Below, in pieces: positions 36,504-58,755 of a DNA stretch of 64,000 nucleotides. Under the pieces are notes generated by a model. That model did not search any database, was not told the origin of the DNA, and was given only the letters and a program-made list of their open reading frames with translations. The DNA is from Chrysomallon squamiferum. Lineage: Eukaryota; Animalia; Mollusca. Position 1 is the first letter of the stretch. Each line of letters starts with the position of its first letter. Both the position numbers and the translations under genes were made by a program. Location: NCBI GenBank assembly GCA_012295275.1, contig CM022676.1, forward strand, positions 3,844,001 to 3,908,000. Direction: 5' to 3'.

Positions 36504-37072
36504 CGCTTACTTTTACTTTGATCTGTAAATCCAATAAAAACGAGAATCAGTCAAATTAATAATAATAAAAAATAAAGCCATAAAAACTAGAACGTGATTC
36601 CAGTTCCTCATTATGTAAATCATGTTTATTTTTGTCATTTACTTTTACAATTTTATTATGAAAATATTTCTCTTACTTTGTTCGAATAAGAACAAATGGA
36701 AACACCATTTCTTTTCTGAGTGTCATATTCAATAGATCGATATCTGATGATTATTTGTATATTAATTATTTAAATGAATGTTAACTGCTGTGAAGGTTAT
36801 CGATAATCGGTCTGATCAATTGCAATAATGAGAAACTAATCATCGACTTTTAAGAAGAATCTAAATTTGTGAACAATTGTAATAAACAGAAAAAAAAAAA
36901 AAAAATGAGAATAACGAGAGAGAAGAAAAGTATGTAGATATTCGATTATTCGTTTTATTTTTTATTTTTATTGTTTAATTATTATTTTTTATTATTATTA
37001 TTTAGTTAGGTAGTTTCTTTCCTTCTTCATTGTCTTATTATTAATTTTGACTAACGATAATATTTTTTAAAT

Positions 37073-37160
<88 letters not shown>

Positions 37161-37214
37161 CATGTGTGTATAAATAGAGAGATATATAGAAGATAAATAG
37201 ACAGATAGACAAAC

Positions 37215-37257
<43 letters not shown>

Positions 37258-37337
37258 CAGACAGACGTTACTTTCGCTGTACATTACAAAAGTAAATATC
37301 CATTATTGCTAAATTATATTAATATTATTCTTAAAAG

Positions 37338-37387
<50 letters not shown>

Positions 37388-39172
37388 AAGCAAAACAAAA
37401 CAAATCATAACTTAAAAGCATTCAGAACATATTTAAATAGAAACCCTTTTACTTTAAATAGATTTTTTTTAGTACATTTTTTTATTCTTCGTATTTTCGG
37501 TTGAACTAGACTGTCGTCTCGGACACAGTATTTTTAGCTCTGTAAATTAAAACATGTTGACGGTTCCGATTTGAAATTACAACAGAGTTCCAGGAACTCG
37601 TCGAATCGATCTGTTTCGATCTTGCTACCTGCGTATCAGAGCGTGGACAATACACATCTATATTCTGTTCAGCTTCGTTTTGCTTTATGAAAGAAAATTG
37701 GTTGTAAAAGAAATATCATATTGTTAATAATTTCAGTAAAATAGTTGTTTTTTTACGTTATCTGTATGTTACGATCATACACACACACACACACACACAC
37801 ACAGAGACAGACACACAGATATATATATATATATATACACACACAAACACACAAACCTATCATATTCATATACATATATGCATATATAGATAAATATATC
37901 CATACGTATATACATACATGCATACACATTTAATACATACATACATACCCAAGTATATTCACACACACACACACACACACACATACGTACAGATGCACAC
38001 ACATAGAGCAAAATACATTGATATTCTTATATATTGTTAATGTTTAAGGACATATTGAAAAAGAAAGAAAGAAAGAAAGAACGAAAGAACGAAAGAAAGA
38101 AAGAAAGAACGAAAGAAAGAAAGAAAGAATGAAAGAAGAAAATATAGATTTGACCCTACAGCCTACTTGTTTTCTAGTAAATGTACATATCAGAATAGTG
38201 CAATGTCTACAGCACTTTTATACATCAGTCTATAACAAACGTTTGCAGTTACTAAAGATAACGATAAATCAATTATATAACGGGACATTTCACTTTGATT
38301 CAAAACCAAAATGCATGTCTCCTTACAATTACAATGAAAAGCTTTCTTGTAGACGTTTTTTTTTTTGTTTTGTTTTTTATTTTGTACTTATTTCTGATGC
38401 TAATTAATTATTAACCTGTTAAAAACCAAACAAACGAGCAAAACCAAACAAACCATATCTTAAAACCATTCAGAACATGCCCAAATGGACACACGTTTAC
38501 GTTAAATAGATTTCTCGGCACACTTTTTATACATATTTTTGTGCATGTTATAACAACGGTTTGATTGTTCCAGCTCACAAATGAACAGAAAGGTTTCCCA
38601 TGGTAATCCTGCAGTTTATGAAAATAAAGACATTGTTACCGTCATTATCATTGTCCATGCTGTTATATGCACATTGCAAGTTTATTTTAATGATTATTAT
38701 TATTATTATACAACTGTGTGAGTCTTTCATCTTTATTTAAATGCACGCTTATGCAAACGGTTTATACATGTGAGTTTAAACGTTAATCTATGGAAGCCCG
38801 TTTGTGCCATATTTCTATATTTTCCTTCTTGTACGCGTCTCCGTAGTTTTTCAGTCGGATTTTATGAGATAACGTGAATTGTTATGGTTATATTTTTATT
38901 AATATTTACTACTCTTTTAAAATTGTACTTATTTATTTATTTAGATATATCTCTATCTCTTTATCTGTCTCGTTGTTTCTATTTATATATTATTTTTTTT
39001 TTTCTATTTTCTTTGTTCTTTTCTTGTTGTTCTCGTTGTTGTTGTTTGTTTGTTACTGATATGGCTATCCTATATAATAAAGTGGTGTTTATCATCATCA
39101 TCACTATCAGCATTATAATCAACATCGTCATTGTTGTTATTTTTGTTTTGTTTTATTTTCTCTTCTTCTCTT

Positions 39173-39203
<31 letters not shown>

Positions 39204-39474
39204 TTATTATTATTATTATTATTATTATCATCATCATCATCATTATTATTACTATGGTTGTTATTTTAGTATTAGTATTACTATTATTACTATTATTATT
39301 ATTATTATTGTTGTTGTTGCTGCTGCTGTTGTTGTTGTAGTAGTTGTTACAGCGCCGTGTCACATTCATCCACTCAGTCAGAAACGTATTCAGTTTAAAA
39401 CATTACTCTTTTACTCAATTAATTACTCATGCTCACGCTAAATCATCTTCCCACCAACCTAATCATTCAACTCG

Positions 39475-39617
39475 CTCTCCCACTCGCCCAGTCGTTCACA
39501 TCAGCTCTCCCATTCGCCCAGTCGCTCAATCAACTCTCCAACTCGCCCAATCGCTCACATCAACTCTCCAACTCGCCCAGTCGCTCACATCAACTCTCCC
39601 ACTAGCCCAGTCACTCT
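39475..39617. repeat. GC-rich 30-bp minisatellite (~4.7 copies) upstream of G8
   Basis: Unit CTCTCC(C/A)ACTCGCCCAGTCGCTCACATCA(A/G) repeated head-to-tail, ending ~255 bp before the G8 ATG. Confidence 0.9.
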
Positions 39618-39826
39618 ACCACACACCGAGACAGGCGAATCGTTAATTATTTTGTAAAACACACCAGAACATCGTTCGATTATTCTTCTTACAATAAACG
39701 CAACAAAACGTTTTTTGTTTTTTTGATGAAAAACCATTATTAATTTTTTATTTTGATCAATGACGCTTTGCATCAAAACGTCGATATTAAAAAAAAAAAC
39801 AATGGACTTAAGAATAAAGAGAGGTG

Positions 39827-39833
39827 TATAAAA
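39827..39833 (+). promoter_or_regulatory. Candidate TATA box of G8
   Basis: TATAAAA 45 nt upstream of ATG 39872. Position is plausible, but the TSS is unknown and the region is AT-rich. Confidence 0.4.
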
Positions 39834-39871
39834 CTGGAGTTTGTAAACAATTAAAAAACACTCGTGAAATC

Positions 39872-43124
<3,253 letters not shown>

Positions 43125-43236
43125 AAACCAGCCTAGACTTTCACGAGTTTTATTAAAACCCGTCTCAGACAGTCAGTATAGGGTAGTTTTATTGTGGTTT
43201 TATTTTATTTTATTTTATTTTTTAGTATTTATTATG

Positions 43237-43296
<60 letters not shown>

Positions 43297-43646
43297 ATAT
43301 TTTTATCATGTCATAATATGAGTTTCTAAACAAAAGCAATATGTAATGAACTAATGAACCTAAATAAAACAATGTATTTACCTACTTTTGTGTTTCTCAC
43401 TATCGGATATTTTCGACAGTTCTCGGATACGTTCGTCTGGTTAATTTTGAGAAGTTAAGTCGAAGATGACGACGCCTTATATGCATCTACAAATGTTTCC
43501 AGCTTTTCACAGATAATATAATTATATATTTGGAATGCTAATAGAATTAATTTTTTTCATTTTTATTTATTCTTTTCTATTCTATTCTATTTTTTATTAA
43601 TTTATTTATTTATTATTTATTTATTTATTTATTTATTTATATATAT

Positions 43647-43697
<51 letters not shown>

Positions 43698-43705
43698 TAC
43701 AAACA

Positions 43706-43930
43706 CAGGGGAGGCAAAAGTAGGTATACAGTTATGAAAAAAGAAAACACAGTACTCATTCCATTTATTATTCAAACAAAACAGCTAATATAAAAATACA
43801 TGCATTTTTATTAATTTAAATAAAATATGGTTAATGACACTCAAAATAAGAAAAACGAGTCCAACTAATTTAATGTGTTACTAAATTGACTGATGTGATA
43901 CTACTATATACCTACTTTTGCACCTCGCTG
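43706..43930. mobile_element. Tc1/mariner-type MITE (~225 bp)
   Basis: Imperfect terminal inverted repeats: CAGGGGAGGCAAAAGTAGGTATACAGT (43706-43732) and ACTATATACCTACTTTTGCACCTCGCTG (43903-43930). TA follows the right end; the interior is AT-rich and non-coding. Confidence 0.75.
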
Positions 43931-44210
43931 TATAACAAACTAATCCTACTACATATCAAGGGAAGTAACTCCATGTTTAATATAGGATTCTCTTATTTTC
44001 AGATTAAAGTTAGTTCCCTTGATAGGGCACTTTATAGAGCTGTGAAATTATTAAACCTGACTGAAAATACAAGATAAATTAAACGTTTCTGTGATAGGGA
44101 AAGAGACTCTCTCTCTCTATACTTGTCATCATTACAAATTTGTTCTTCTTGTTATTACTATTATTATTATTAGTAGTATTATTATTACCTGAATAATTGT
44201 CTACACATCC

Positions 44211-44312
<102 letters not shown>

Positions 44313-45599
44313 ATACCCTAACTTCCACCTATGAAAGAATCGTACATTATTTAGAGTGACGCAACTGCCAATAGATATAAACATTGACAACTCAGTTGTT
44401 ATTTATATATATATATATACATCTATATATATACATGTATGTATGTATGTATCTGTCAATCTAACAATCTTTGTTGCTGCTGTTGTTGTATTGTTTTTGG
44501 TTTTAGTTTAAAAAAAAAAAATAAACGGAGTGGAACTGATTGATCTACATCCTGTCAGTGACTCCACTTAGGACCACTTACATCCTCTTCAGCGCTCTGC
44601 TACATCGTTATTGCTGTCAGTCACAATGTGAGGATGTCTGCAAACTGCTACAACAACATCATTGCAACATCTTCACTTTCGCTCGATCGGAATGAAAATT
44701 CACAGATCGATGGATCCTTTGTTATCATCGTTCTTTGGCTGTCGTAAAATTCTTACAAACGCTTTGATTTATTTCCTCTTTTTTCTCTCTTTTTTTTTTT
44801 CTTTCCTTAAAGTATTTACACAGAGAGACGAACAGATGAACAAACACACATCTCAAGAATTAGATCTAAATAGAACAAAAAGATAAAAGCGAGAGAGATA
44901 AAAAAAAAAGAGTATTTGGTGGTTAGATTGTCAGGTTGTATAAGGAAAGCGGTGGTATGAAATAAACAATCAAATAAGTAAATAAATCAACATATAAATA
45001 AATAAATAAACTAACAAATATATAAATAAATCAATCAACAGTTATGTAGATATATCAATAGATAAATCAACGAATAAATTAGTAAATAAAAAGAAATTGA
45101 TAAATAAAATGATAACTAAGTAAATAAACTGATAAATAGATAAATAAATGAATAAATAAATAAACAAACAAACAAACAAACAAAAATAAAATGTTAAATA
45201 TCTTCGGCTTATTCACTTAATTATAAAGAACGGAGAGAAAAATGCTGTTTTATACATATTAAAAGAAATTTAGATAATATGCGGGAACATTCTGAGAACT
45301 TCTTAAGATTCGCGTCTTAAACTTGAAGATATTTTCAAATGCCACTTGATAACATGTTCTCGTTATTCGTGTTTACGTAGCACTTGGTCAGTAGCGATTA
45401 ATATCTTAACCCTGTTCTTTAATAAACCTAGGCAAAGACAGTACGTTCAAAAAAATAGACATAATAATATAGTGAGATTAAAAAATAATAAGGATAACAG
45501 CAGTAATAATAATAATAATAACAATAACAACAACAACAACAACAATGATAGTAGTAATGATGAGAACAGTACTAGTGGTAGCAATAATAATAGTATTAA

Positions 45600-45646
<47 letters not shown>

Positions 45647-45850
45647 ATTATTATTATTATTATTATTATCGTGGTAGTAATGGCATACGTAGTAGTCGTA
45701 GTAATAGTACACTTATAATAGTGCTAACAGAAAAACACAACAATAAAGGCAATATAACAGCAACAACAACAACAACAAAATTATGAAATGCAATACAATA
45801 TAATACAATATAATATAATAATAAACACAACAAAAGCAGCAGCAACAAAA

Positions 45851-45900
<50 letters not shown>

Positions 45901-46573
45901 CAATACAATGAAAATCAAAACAATCGATATCACCAGTTAATGACATCATTCTAAATCTGCAAGAAAAATAAAAAGAAGTTATAAAAGTGTGCAGTGAAAT
46001 TAAAAAAATGATCGTAAACAGCAGACAGCAATTCAAGATCTTTACAGTTTATTACAGCAGGATTACGTCCCTTCCTAACGGAGGTGTTCAAGAAGAAACA
46101 CGAAAATACACTTTTCCCTTCCGTTCCGCTCAAACGGATTTCGATTTACCGATTTTTTTTTTTGCCACGGACCAAAGTCACAAACGATCGACAACAGAAA
46201 TCGATTCTTGTCGTCGTTGCTAATGGAGAGACGCACATGAAAAAATAATAATAATAATAACTTGATGTCATTGAATGTTACTATTGGCACATTTAATTGT
46301 TAGAGTGAAGCTTTAATAACCTTGACGCACTTTAAGGTCAGAAAATAAAAGTTCGGAGACGTGACTTCAAATCACGTTTACAAATCAGGCCACAACGAAA
46401 AAATATTTGACGATCGGAAATGTCTTTCCCAAGTGAAGGTTACTACACATTGTCATTTTAGGTTTCTTTCGTTCCTTCTTTCTTTGTTTGTTTCTTTTGT
46501 TTCTTTTTACTACTTCTTGTTGTTGTTTTTCTTCTTGTTCTTTTTGTTCTTCTTCTTCTTCTTCTTCTTCTTC

Positions 46574-46616
<43 letters not shown>

Positions 46617-47013
46617 AAACGTTTCAGCTACCTAAAAAAATCGTTAGTTCCATCAACGAAATCGATATCATCAGTAAATGAAAAATACTGAAGAAAGAAA
46701 CCATTTATATAAATTTATTTTAAATTTAAAAAAGAAAGCTTCATGGAAAGTCATTATTTCATAATGTCATTGTGACATAAATTATGCTGAATTATTGTTA
46801 TTTATGACTACTACTGCTATTACTACTACGAATAATAATAATTATAAGCATAATAATATTTTTTTAAATATAAATATTTCTGATATCATTACAACTACTA
46901 GTAATACGAGTACTACTAATTATAGTATTATATTACTATACTACAACTTCTACTAATACTAATACTAATACTACTATTACTACTACTACTACTACTACTT
47001 CTACTACTACCAC

Positions 47014-47046
<33 letters not shown>

Positions 47047-47158
47047 GAATAATAGTTATAACGATAATCATTATGATCATAGTAATAACAGCAACAGTAA
47101 TAGGAATAACGACAACAATAATAATAACACTAATAATAATAATAATAATAATAATAAT

Positions 47159-47197
<39 letters not shown>

Positions 47198-48039
47198 TAA
47201 TAATAATAATAAATAAATAATCATTACCAGCCGCTGGTTTTACATTCTTCCCTTGAAGTTTGAACAATAATGGAAGGGAGGAAAAACTTCGCAAACAGCA
47301 ACCAAGTCCGATTAACCACTCACATTTTATTTGCATGACTGGTTCCATGACAGGTTTAATAAATTTAGATACATCTGAGATTTTTTTTGTTCAAAAAGTT
47401 TAAGCGCTATGGAATTAGCTTTCTGCTTCATTCGTTTCACAACAGTTCAACCCTTTATGACGACAAACAATGCAATCATGTCACAACAAATCCAGACAGT
47501 GATTAAAGAAATCGATCGCCGGCATCGATCTTCATCATGTCGGTGCAGTGACCTGCGATTTTTCATAAGTCATTGGACGATATCGATGTTAAGACGATAT
47601 TTAAAATACTTCACACCAGATGCCAGTCTTCTCGATTCGGACTGCTGTGCATGTAGTACTTTTACGGAAACGCAGATAGTTGATTTTGTGTCTTTCTTTT
47701 TTTCAGAGATTACTGAATGACGTTAATTCTGAAGATTCGGTGGAACTAACATAAGTAATATATAAAACATAAATTGTGAAATTTGTCTAAGACTACCGTA
47801 TCAAATATGCAGGTTTTATATATAATAACATAAGCAACCATATTAAACATAAAGAGTGAAATCTATATCAGACTACTATATTAAATAGTAGTATATATAA
47901 CTGAGATTTCTACGAGCGTAATATATTGGTGGATATAGCATAAGTAAATTATATAGGTGGACATAATATATAACACATATCTGTATATATTATATATACT
48001 CTGAGAATTTCCAGGAGGTTAATGCACTGAAGAAAAGCT

Positions 48040-48611
48040 ATGATTGTCATTTTATGTTGGTTTCTTTTTTTAACCACTGTTGAAGGTAAGAATATTGTTT
48101 TGTTAACTTGTTTTCTTTATTTGTCCTCTCTTTTCTTTCTTTCTTTTCTTTTCTTCTAAAATTGTTTGTACATTAGTAACTTTTGTTTTCAGTTATTTGA
48201 AAACTTGTACACATATTTGTTGAAGAATTTCAGATTAAAGAAATGAAATACAAAGTGTATTTAATAATTTATTTCTCTAACGAGGCTCTATAGGTTTGTT
48301 GATTTAGTCGCTAAACGAGGTTTTTGTAATTTCACAGAAAAGATAAATAAGCAATCACCAACTGACCAACACTGAAAATTGTTCTTTAACATCCGTCCAT
48401 ATCTATGTTCGTCAGTCTGTGTGTGTGTATCTGTCGTCACCTAGCAACGGATAAATATCGTTATTATTAGTAATACAAGTAATAGCAGGAGTAGTAGTAG
48501 AAGTAGTAGTAAAAATAGTGGTGGTTGTACTAGTAGTAATAATAGCTGTTTTGTTAATTTCGTTGTCATTGTTATTAACATTATCATTTTGATCGTTATC
48601 ATCATCGTTGA

Positions 48612-48647
<36 letters not shown>

Positions 48648-48667
48648 CATCATCATCATCATCATCA

Positions 48668-48714
<47 letters not shown>

Positions 48715-48860
48715 CCTCCTACAGTTATATCGTTATTTCTATTTCTTTGCAAATACATTTCATTTATGCTTAATTATATTCCTAAGACTAGGTCTATTCA
48801 GAATTAATGGTTTGATTAAGACTAGGTCTTTCCACTTATTTAATGGTTTTATTATTATTA

Positions 48861-48913
<53 letters not shown>

Positions 48914-50366
48914 GTGGGTGACCTCAAAACATGACAATAAAATATTTCTGTTACAAAACATTTTAATATCCGTATTCTACAAATTAGAACGATGACGTCA
49001 TCACGTACACGCGGGGCTAAAACCGTCTTCTGTGTCTGTTTCTGATTACATCGGACGAGACGTGTTGCAAATCCAACCAATCAATGCATAATGACGTCAC
49101 TATTACAGAAAAGTAATATTAAATAATTTAAAAAAAATAATAATAATAATAATAAAAAAAAATAAAAAATAAAAATAATAAAATAATAATAAATAAAACT
49201 ACTGCATATTCTAAGCTTTCGTCAATAATTTCTATTGTGTTCTTCTCGGATGCAATACTTATTCCGTCACGGCGTGAATGAAAAACAAAACATACACTGC
49301 AGAATTCAGTTTCTCATTTAAGCTAAACGTCGTGTTTGCTGTTCTGCATATTCTATTTCTTTAACTCTATTATTATCTCCGACCTGGATTTGAAATCTTG
49401 ACTGTACTAGATTTATTTCTTTAAGACAGCTAAAGAAAGAAATGATTTTCCTAATCACAGCAGTCCAATGATAAGCCAGTGCATCACATCTTAATAATAG
49501 AAAATTACTTTTAAAACGCAACGTATTTTCCATACGTTACACCAGTAATTGATAACGTATTCAGTGACCATCGACTACTAAAGGTACATAAAGTACGTTT
49601 TAAATTGATGCAACGCGTTACAAATATAAGGATGAAATATAATTGCAGCCGTGAAAATTGTGTTTTATAAACCTTTCCAGACAGTCTTTAAAAAGTATTG
49701 TTATAAGGAAATGAATAATGTACGCTGGCGAATGTATGCAGTTGTAATAAAGTAGTTGTAGCAAACTTAATGCTATTACTAGTAGTAGTAGTTGCGGTGA
49801 TGATCGTAATAGTAGTTGTAGTAATGATACTAGTAGTATCGGCTGTAGTTATAGTTTTAGTATTAGTATTAACAGTAGTAGTAACTGTAGTAACAGTAAT
49901 ATTAGTAATAGCTTGATTTAGCAGTAGTAGCAGCAGTAGCAAAATTAAGTGACAAAAGTAGTAATAGTAATAATATTAATTGATAGAAGTAATAATAGTA
50001 ATAGTAATACTTGTCTTAGTAATAACTGCAGTGGAAATGCTATGGACTGCAGTAGCATTTGTAACAATAGTTGCTTAAGTAGTAATAGTTCTAGTAATAG
50101 TAGTAGTAATAGTAGTAGTAATAGTAGTAGTAATAGTAGTAGTAATAGTAGTAGTAATAGTAGTAGACATATTTCTGTTGATTCGTAGATCTGTTTCGTT
50201 TTACCTGTATCTAAGACGTAGATGATACAATAATGCTTGATTCAAGAAAACACTTACTTAGATCTAACTGATGTATAACTGCATTTAGGTCATTATTTAA
50301 ATAAGTCGCCATTTTATTTTGGCATGCACGTGCACATTCACTCAATAAATTATGATATTATCATAA

Positions 50367-50431
<65 letters not shown>

Positions 50432-50719
50432 TTATTATTATTTATATTATTATTATTGTTACTGTTGTTGTTGTTGTTACTATTACTATTATTGTTATTA
50501 TTGTTGTTATAGTTGTGTTGTTGTTGTTGATGTTAATATTACTACTACTACTACTACTCTTATTAGTAGTAGCAGTAGTAATATTATTATTATTATTTTA
50601 ATATTAATATTATTATTATTATTATTATTATTAGTGTTACTGTTCTTACTATTACTATTATTGTTATTATTATTGTTATAGTTCTGTTGCTGATCTTGAT
50701 GTTAATACTACTACTACTG

Positions 50720-50759
<40 letters not shown>

Positions 50760-51284
50760 AACCACCACCACTACTACTACCACTTTTATTATTAGTAGTA
50801 TTGTTGTTTTGTTGTTGTTGTTATCGTCATCGTCATCATTATCGTCATCGTCATCTTCATTATTTTTCAGGTATACGGAACATTGCCCTGGGTAAAAAAA
50901 CATTCCAGAGTTCAACATCAGGAGATGCTGTTGCCTCGAGAGCCGTGGACGGAAACACAAACCCCTATTTAGCCGGCGGATCTTGTTCTTCTACTGAGGT
51001 TCAAGTCTCAGTGTCGTGGACCATTCTACTTGATCGTCATTACAAAATACGTCGAATTAAAATCTTTGCAAGCAGAGATGGTATGTGTTAGTTGTCTACG
51101 TTGTCATCATTGTCATCATCGTCATGAGAATTTCTTCTTTTTCTCTTCTTCGACTGCTACTCCATATAATTATTTAGTTTTCGATATATTTGTTGTTGTT
51201 GGGTTTTTTTTGGTGGGGTTTTTTCGTTATTTAATTGCAATACATCTTTTAATTCTTCTTCTTCTTCTTCTTCTTCTTCTTCTT

Positions 51285-51362
<78 letters not shown>

Positions 51363-51502
51363 CCTTCTAATGTGATGTCGCAATTCCACATTTATTTGAA
51401 AATACATCTTAGTTTACATAATGATATATTCCTAGGACCTAATCTCGCTCGTAACTGAGATAACTTTCTCGCTAATATTATCGTTAAGAAAAAATATCAA
51501 AA

Positions 51503-51569
<67 letters not shown>

Positions 51570-52066
51570 AAGTAATAAATAAATAAATAAATATATAAAA
51601 TAAAATAAAATAAAATAAAATAAAATAAAATAAAATAAAATAAAATAAACAATATACTGAAAAATGTTATAAATTAAATAAATAAAAAATGAGAATAAAC
51701 ACAAACTCCTTAAATAATTAATCCACTATATGGTGAGATATTATTTGTCAAACTTTCATTCAAACCGTTACAAAGGGAGAAAAGCTAAAAAACGTACACG
51801 AAATCTTAATGTGTAAAACTAATGAGTTATTTCCCTTTAAATTCACTAAAAACTTTATGATAATCGCTGCCTTCATAAAATTATTCTCATGTTTTTTTAT
51901 CCTGTCAATAAATTTGGAACTGGAGAAAATGTATCTCGCGTTAAATATCTTCTTATTTATTTATTTATTTATTCATTCATTGATTCATTTATTTATTTAT
52001 TTATTTATTTATTAACTTTCACCTACTTCCTTTTATCTTCTAATTCCTCTTCTTCTTCTTCTTCTT

Positions 52067-52125
<59 letters not shown>

Positions 52126-52136
52126 CATTATTATTA

Positions 52137-52192
<56 letters not shown>

Positions 52193-52196
52193 GTTA

Positions 52197-52251
<55 letters not shown>

Positions 52252-53056
52252 CGATCCAGGTCCTCAGCTTTCTGACTTGTATGTGGAAGTGAGTTCTGAT
52301 TACGCCAAACAGGTTACGTTTTGGTACCAAAGCGAGGCTGTACCGATAGGCGGCGTCGTTGACATAATTAAATCCGAACCCGTCAACGGCAACCGCGTGT
52401 ACATAGACATGGATCACACTGACGACAACAACACCCACACCAATCTGACGCTGTGCGAAGTACAAGTCTATGGCGCTTTGGAAGGTACGTAATTAAAGTG
52501 ATATTTAAAAAAATAAATCTACTTTACACTTTCTACTACTACTACTACTACTACTACTGTTGTTGTTATTATTGTTAAAGTTATTGTAGTTTTTGTTATT
52601 ATTATCATTTATTATAATTATTATTATTCATTTCACTTAATGACGTCATAATTTACGCAATATTTCAAAGCTTACCATTTTGTGACGTTATATTTCACGG
52701 AATATATATTATGACGTCAAGTTCCATTTTAGGACTCACATTTTTCAGAAAATTTCAAACTTAAATACAAAATTTATATTATGACGTCATCTTTTACACA
52801 GTTTTCACGTAGTTCCATTTTATGACGTCATATTATTTTTACAGAGCATTTTATTCTGGACGAGAAGCGGGGAGCATCCAGCGAGATATTACGTCAGACC
52901 AGTCGATCTAAACTTGAATGCAGTGCCTTCTGTTTGTGGAAAGATGCATGCCGCTCGTTTTTGTGGAACACGTCAACAAACGAGTGTATCCTCTACGCTG
53001 ATCTGCCAACCTCTACAGCACGGCCTGATGACATGCTGGGATTTGTACCAGGCTAA
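48040..53056 (+). CDS. G9: signal peptide + F-type lectin + PAN/Apple, 230 aa (divergent paralog)
   Basis: Exons 48040-48085 (MIVILCWFLFLTTVEG), 50871-51080, 52260-52484 and 52845-53056 (EHFILDEKRGASSEILRQTSRSKLECSAFCLWKDACRSFLWNTSTNECILY...FVPG*). Open frame, GT-AG phase 1. Confidence 0.92.
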
Positions 53057-53203
53057 CAAAGCGATTAAATATTTTCAAATGATACTCTTTATTATTTTTT
53101 TATTTTCAATATTTTCTCCTTTTTTATTTCTTTCTTCTTTTCTTTTTATATTATTATGTTTCTACATTTTTGAAAATTATATTTCTATTTTTGGAAAATG
53201 TAT

Positions 53204-53351
<148 letters not shown>

Positions 53352-54310
53352 AGTTCGTAATTTATTGATTTCTTTCGAGGGTATTGTTTTTTGTAGTTTA
53401 TTTATTTTTTTGCTCTCCTTTCTTATTCCATTTCTTTCTGCATCTTTTCTTTTCGTCCTTCATCTTATGAATTTGTTTCTTCTTTCGTTCTATCTCTGTT
53501 TTATTTTTAATTTATTTTATTTTTTTTTTTTCTTAGAATGTCCCTTTCGTTTTCTTGTCTTTGATCATGTTATTTTTTTTTTTTTTCTTGCTCCTGTTAT
53601 CTTTTTCGTTTCACGAAGTTTTGTTGTTCTTTCTTTTTCTTCACTTTAGGTTTCTTGTTTTTCTGTTAGCTGTGTTTTCTATTTTTTATATGTTTTCTTC
53701 ATTAGAATTCATCATCATTTTTTTCTTTGGGTTTTAATTCTTTTTTTTTTTTTTTTTTTTCAAACTGTTTTTCTTGTGTCCTTTTCGTCAATTTCTCATT
53801 TCATTTTTGTTCTTTTTCGGGGGTGGTTCTTTACCTTCAAAATTTATTATCCAAATTTCAGGTCAGATAACAAACGCTTACTTATTTCCTCTTAAACAAA
53901 TAATTATTTTGTCTTGTCCTTACGACGATTAACTCAGGCACGACCAAGTAAAAATGTTCGTGTCTAAATAGTTGTGATCTGGACTTTTCTGTTTTAGTAG
54001 GTGAAATAAATAAAGATTTATAGTATTATGATACTGTGATATAAAGTGAATGCAAATAACAGTAATAAATGTAATTAATTATAAGCACGTTGTTTGTTTT
54101 ATTTGATCCGAACAGATTTTTACAAAGGTACGTCAAAATGAAAATGAAAACCAAAGTAGAAGAGAAAGTTGAAGAATTTAGCCCAAACCTTTCTTTTCCT
54201 TTTCAGATTTTCTTCTTTTTCTTCTTCTTTTTTTTTTTTTTTTTTTTTTTCTTTTTAATCTTGAAAATATCTTTAACTCATCATTTCAGTGTCACTGCCG
54301 GTCAAACGCG

Positions 54311-57637
<3,327 letters not shown>

Positions 57638-58149
57638 ATGTTCGATTCTGAATTAAAATCCTCCAGTCACAGGTTAAAAGAAAAAAACTTAATGCACACT
57701 GATTACTTTTCTGTTTTGTGTTTTCGTTTTAATGATTTAGTATCGAAATTCCGCAAGAACAATTTTTGTCTCTCGATTTCTCCTCTGAAAAATATACACA
57801 TAAAACTCGGCCTAGTTCACCCTGATTTCTAATATATTCTTTAGCTCCAACGTATAAATTTATTATTTTGTTTTATTTTTTTATTATTATTATTATTAAT
57901 GGTTGATTTATTCCGTAAGTAATTTGAAACGTCAAATTGAAAATAAATGGATGAGATGTGTTCGTAGAACGATTTTCATTGCGCTCTTCTAAATATGAAT
58001 TATTTAGATAATGTTTTTTGAAGGAGATTTATAATTAGTGCATGTTATTTTTTTTTTCCTTCCAGTTGATCAGATTGAGTGAGAGGAATGTACGGAGATT
58101 GACGGATAGCTATACTGACTTGACAGATAACACACACTTACGAAATACA

Positions 58150-58755
<606 letters not shown>

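Noticed and set aside
39475-39617. 30-bp repeats as a possible CRISPR array
   Set aside because: Head-to-tail units without unique spacers, eukaryotic context and no cas genes.
47130-47720. Non-repetitive ORFs 47130-47348 (-) and 47409-47720 (+) upstream of G9, including an ATTTGCAT octamer
   Set aside because: No recognisable domain and no partner exons; more likely upstream regulatory or TE-derived sequence.
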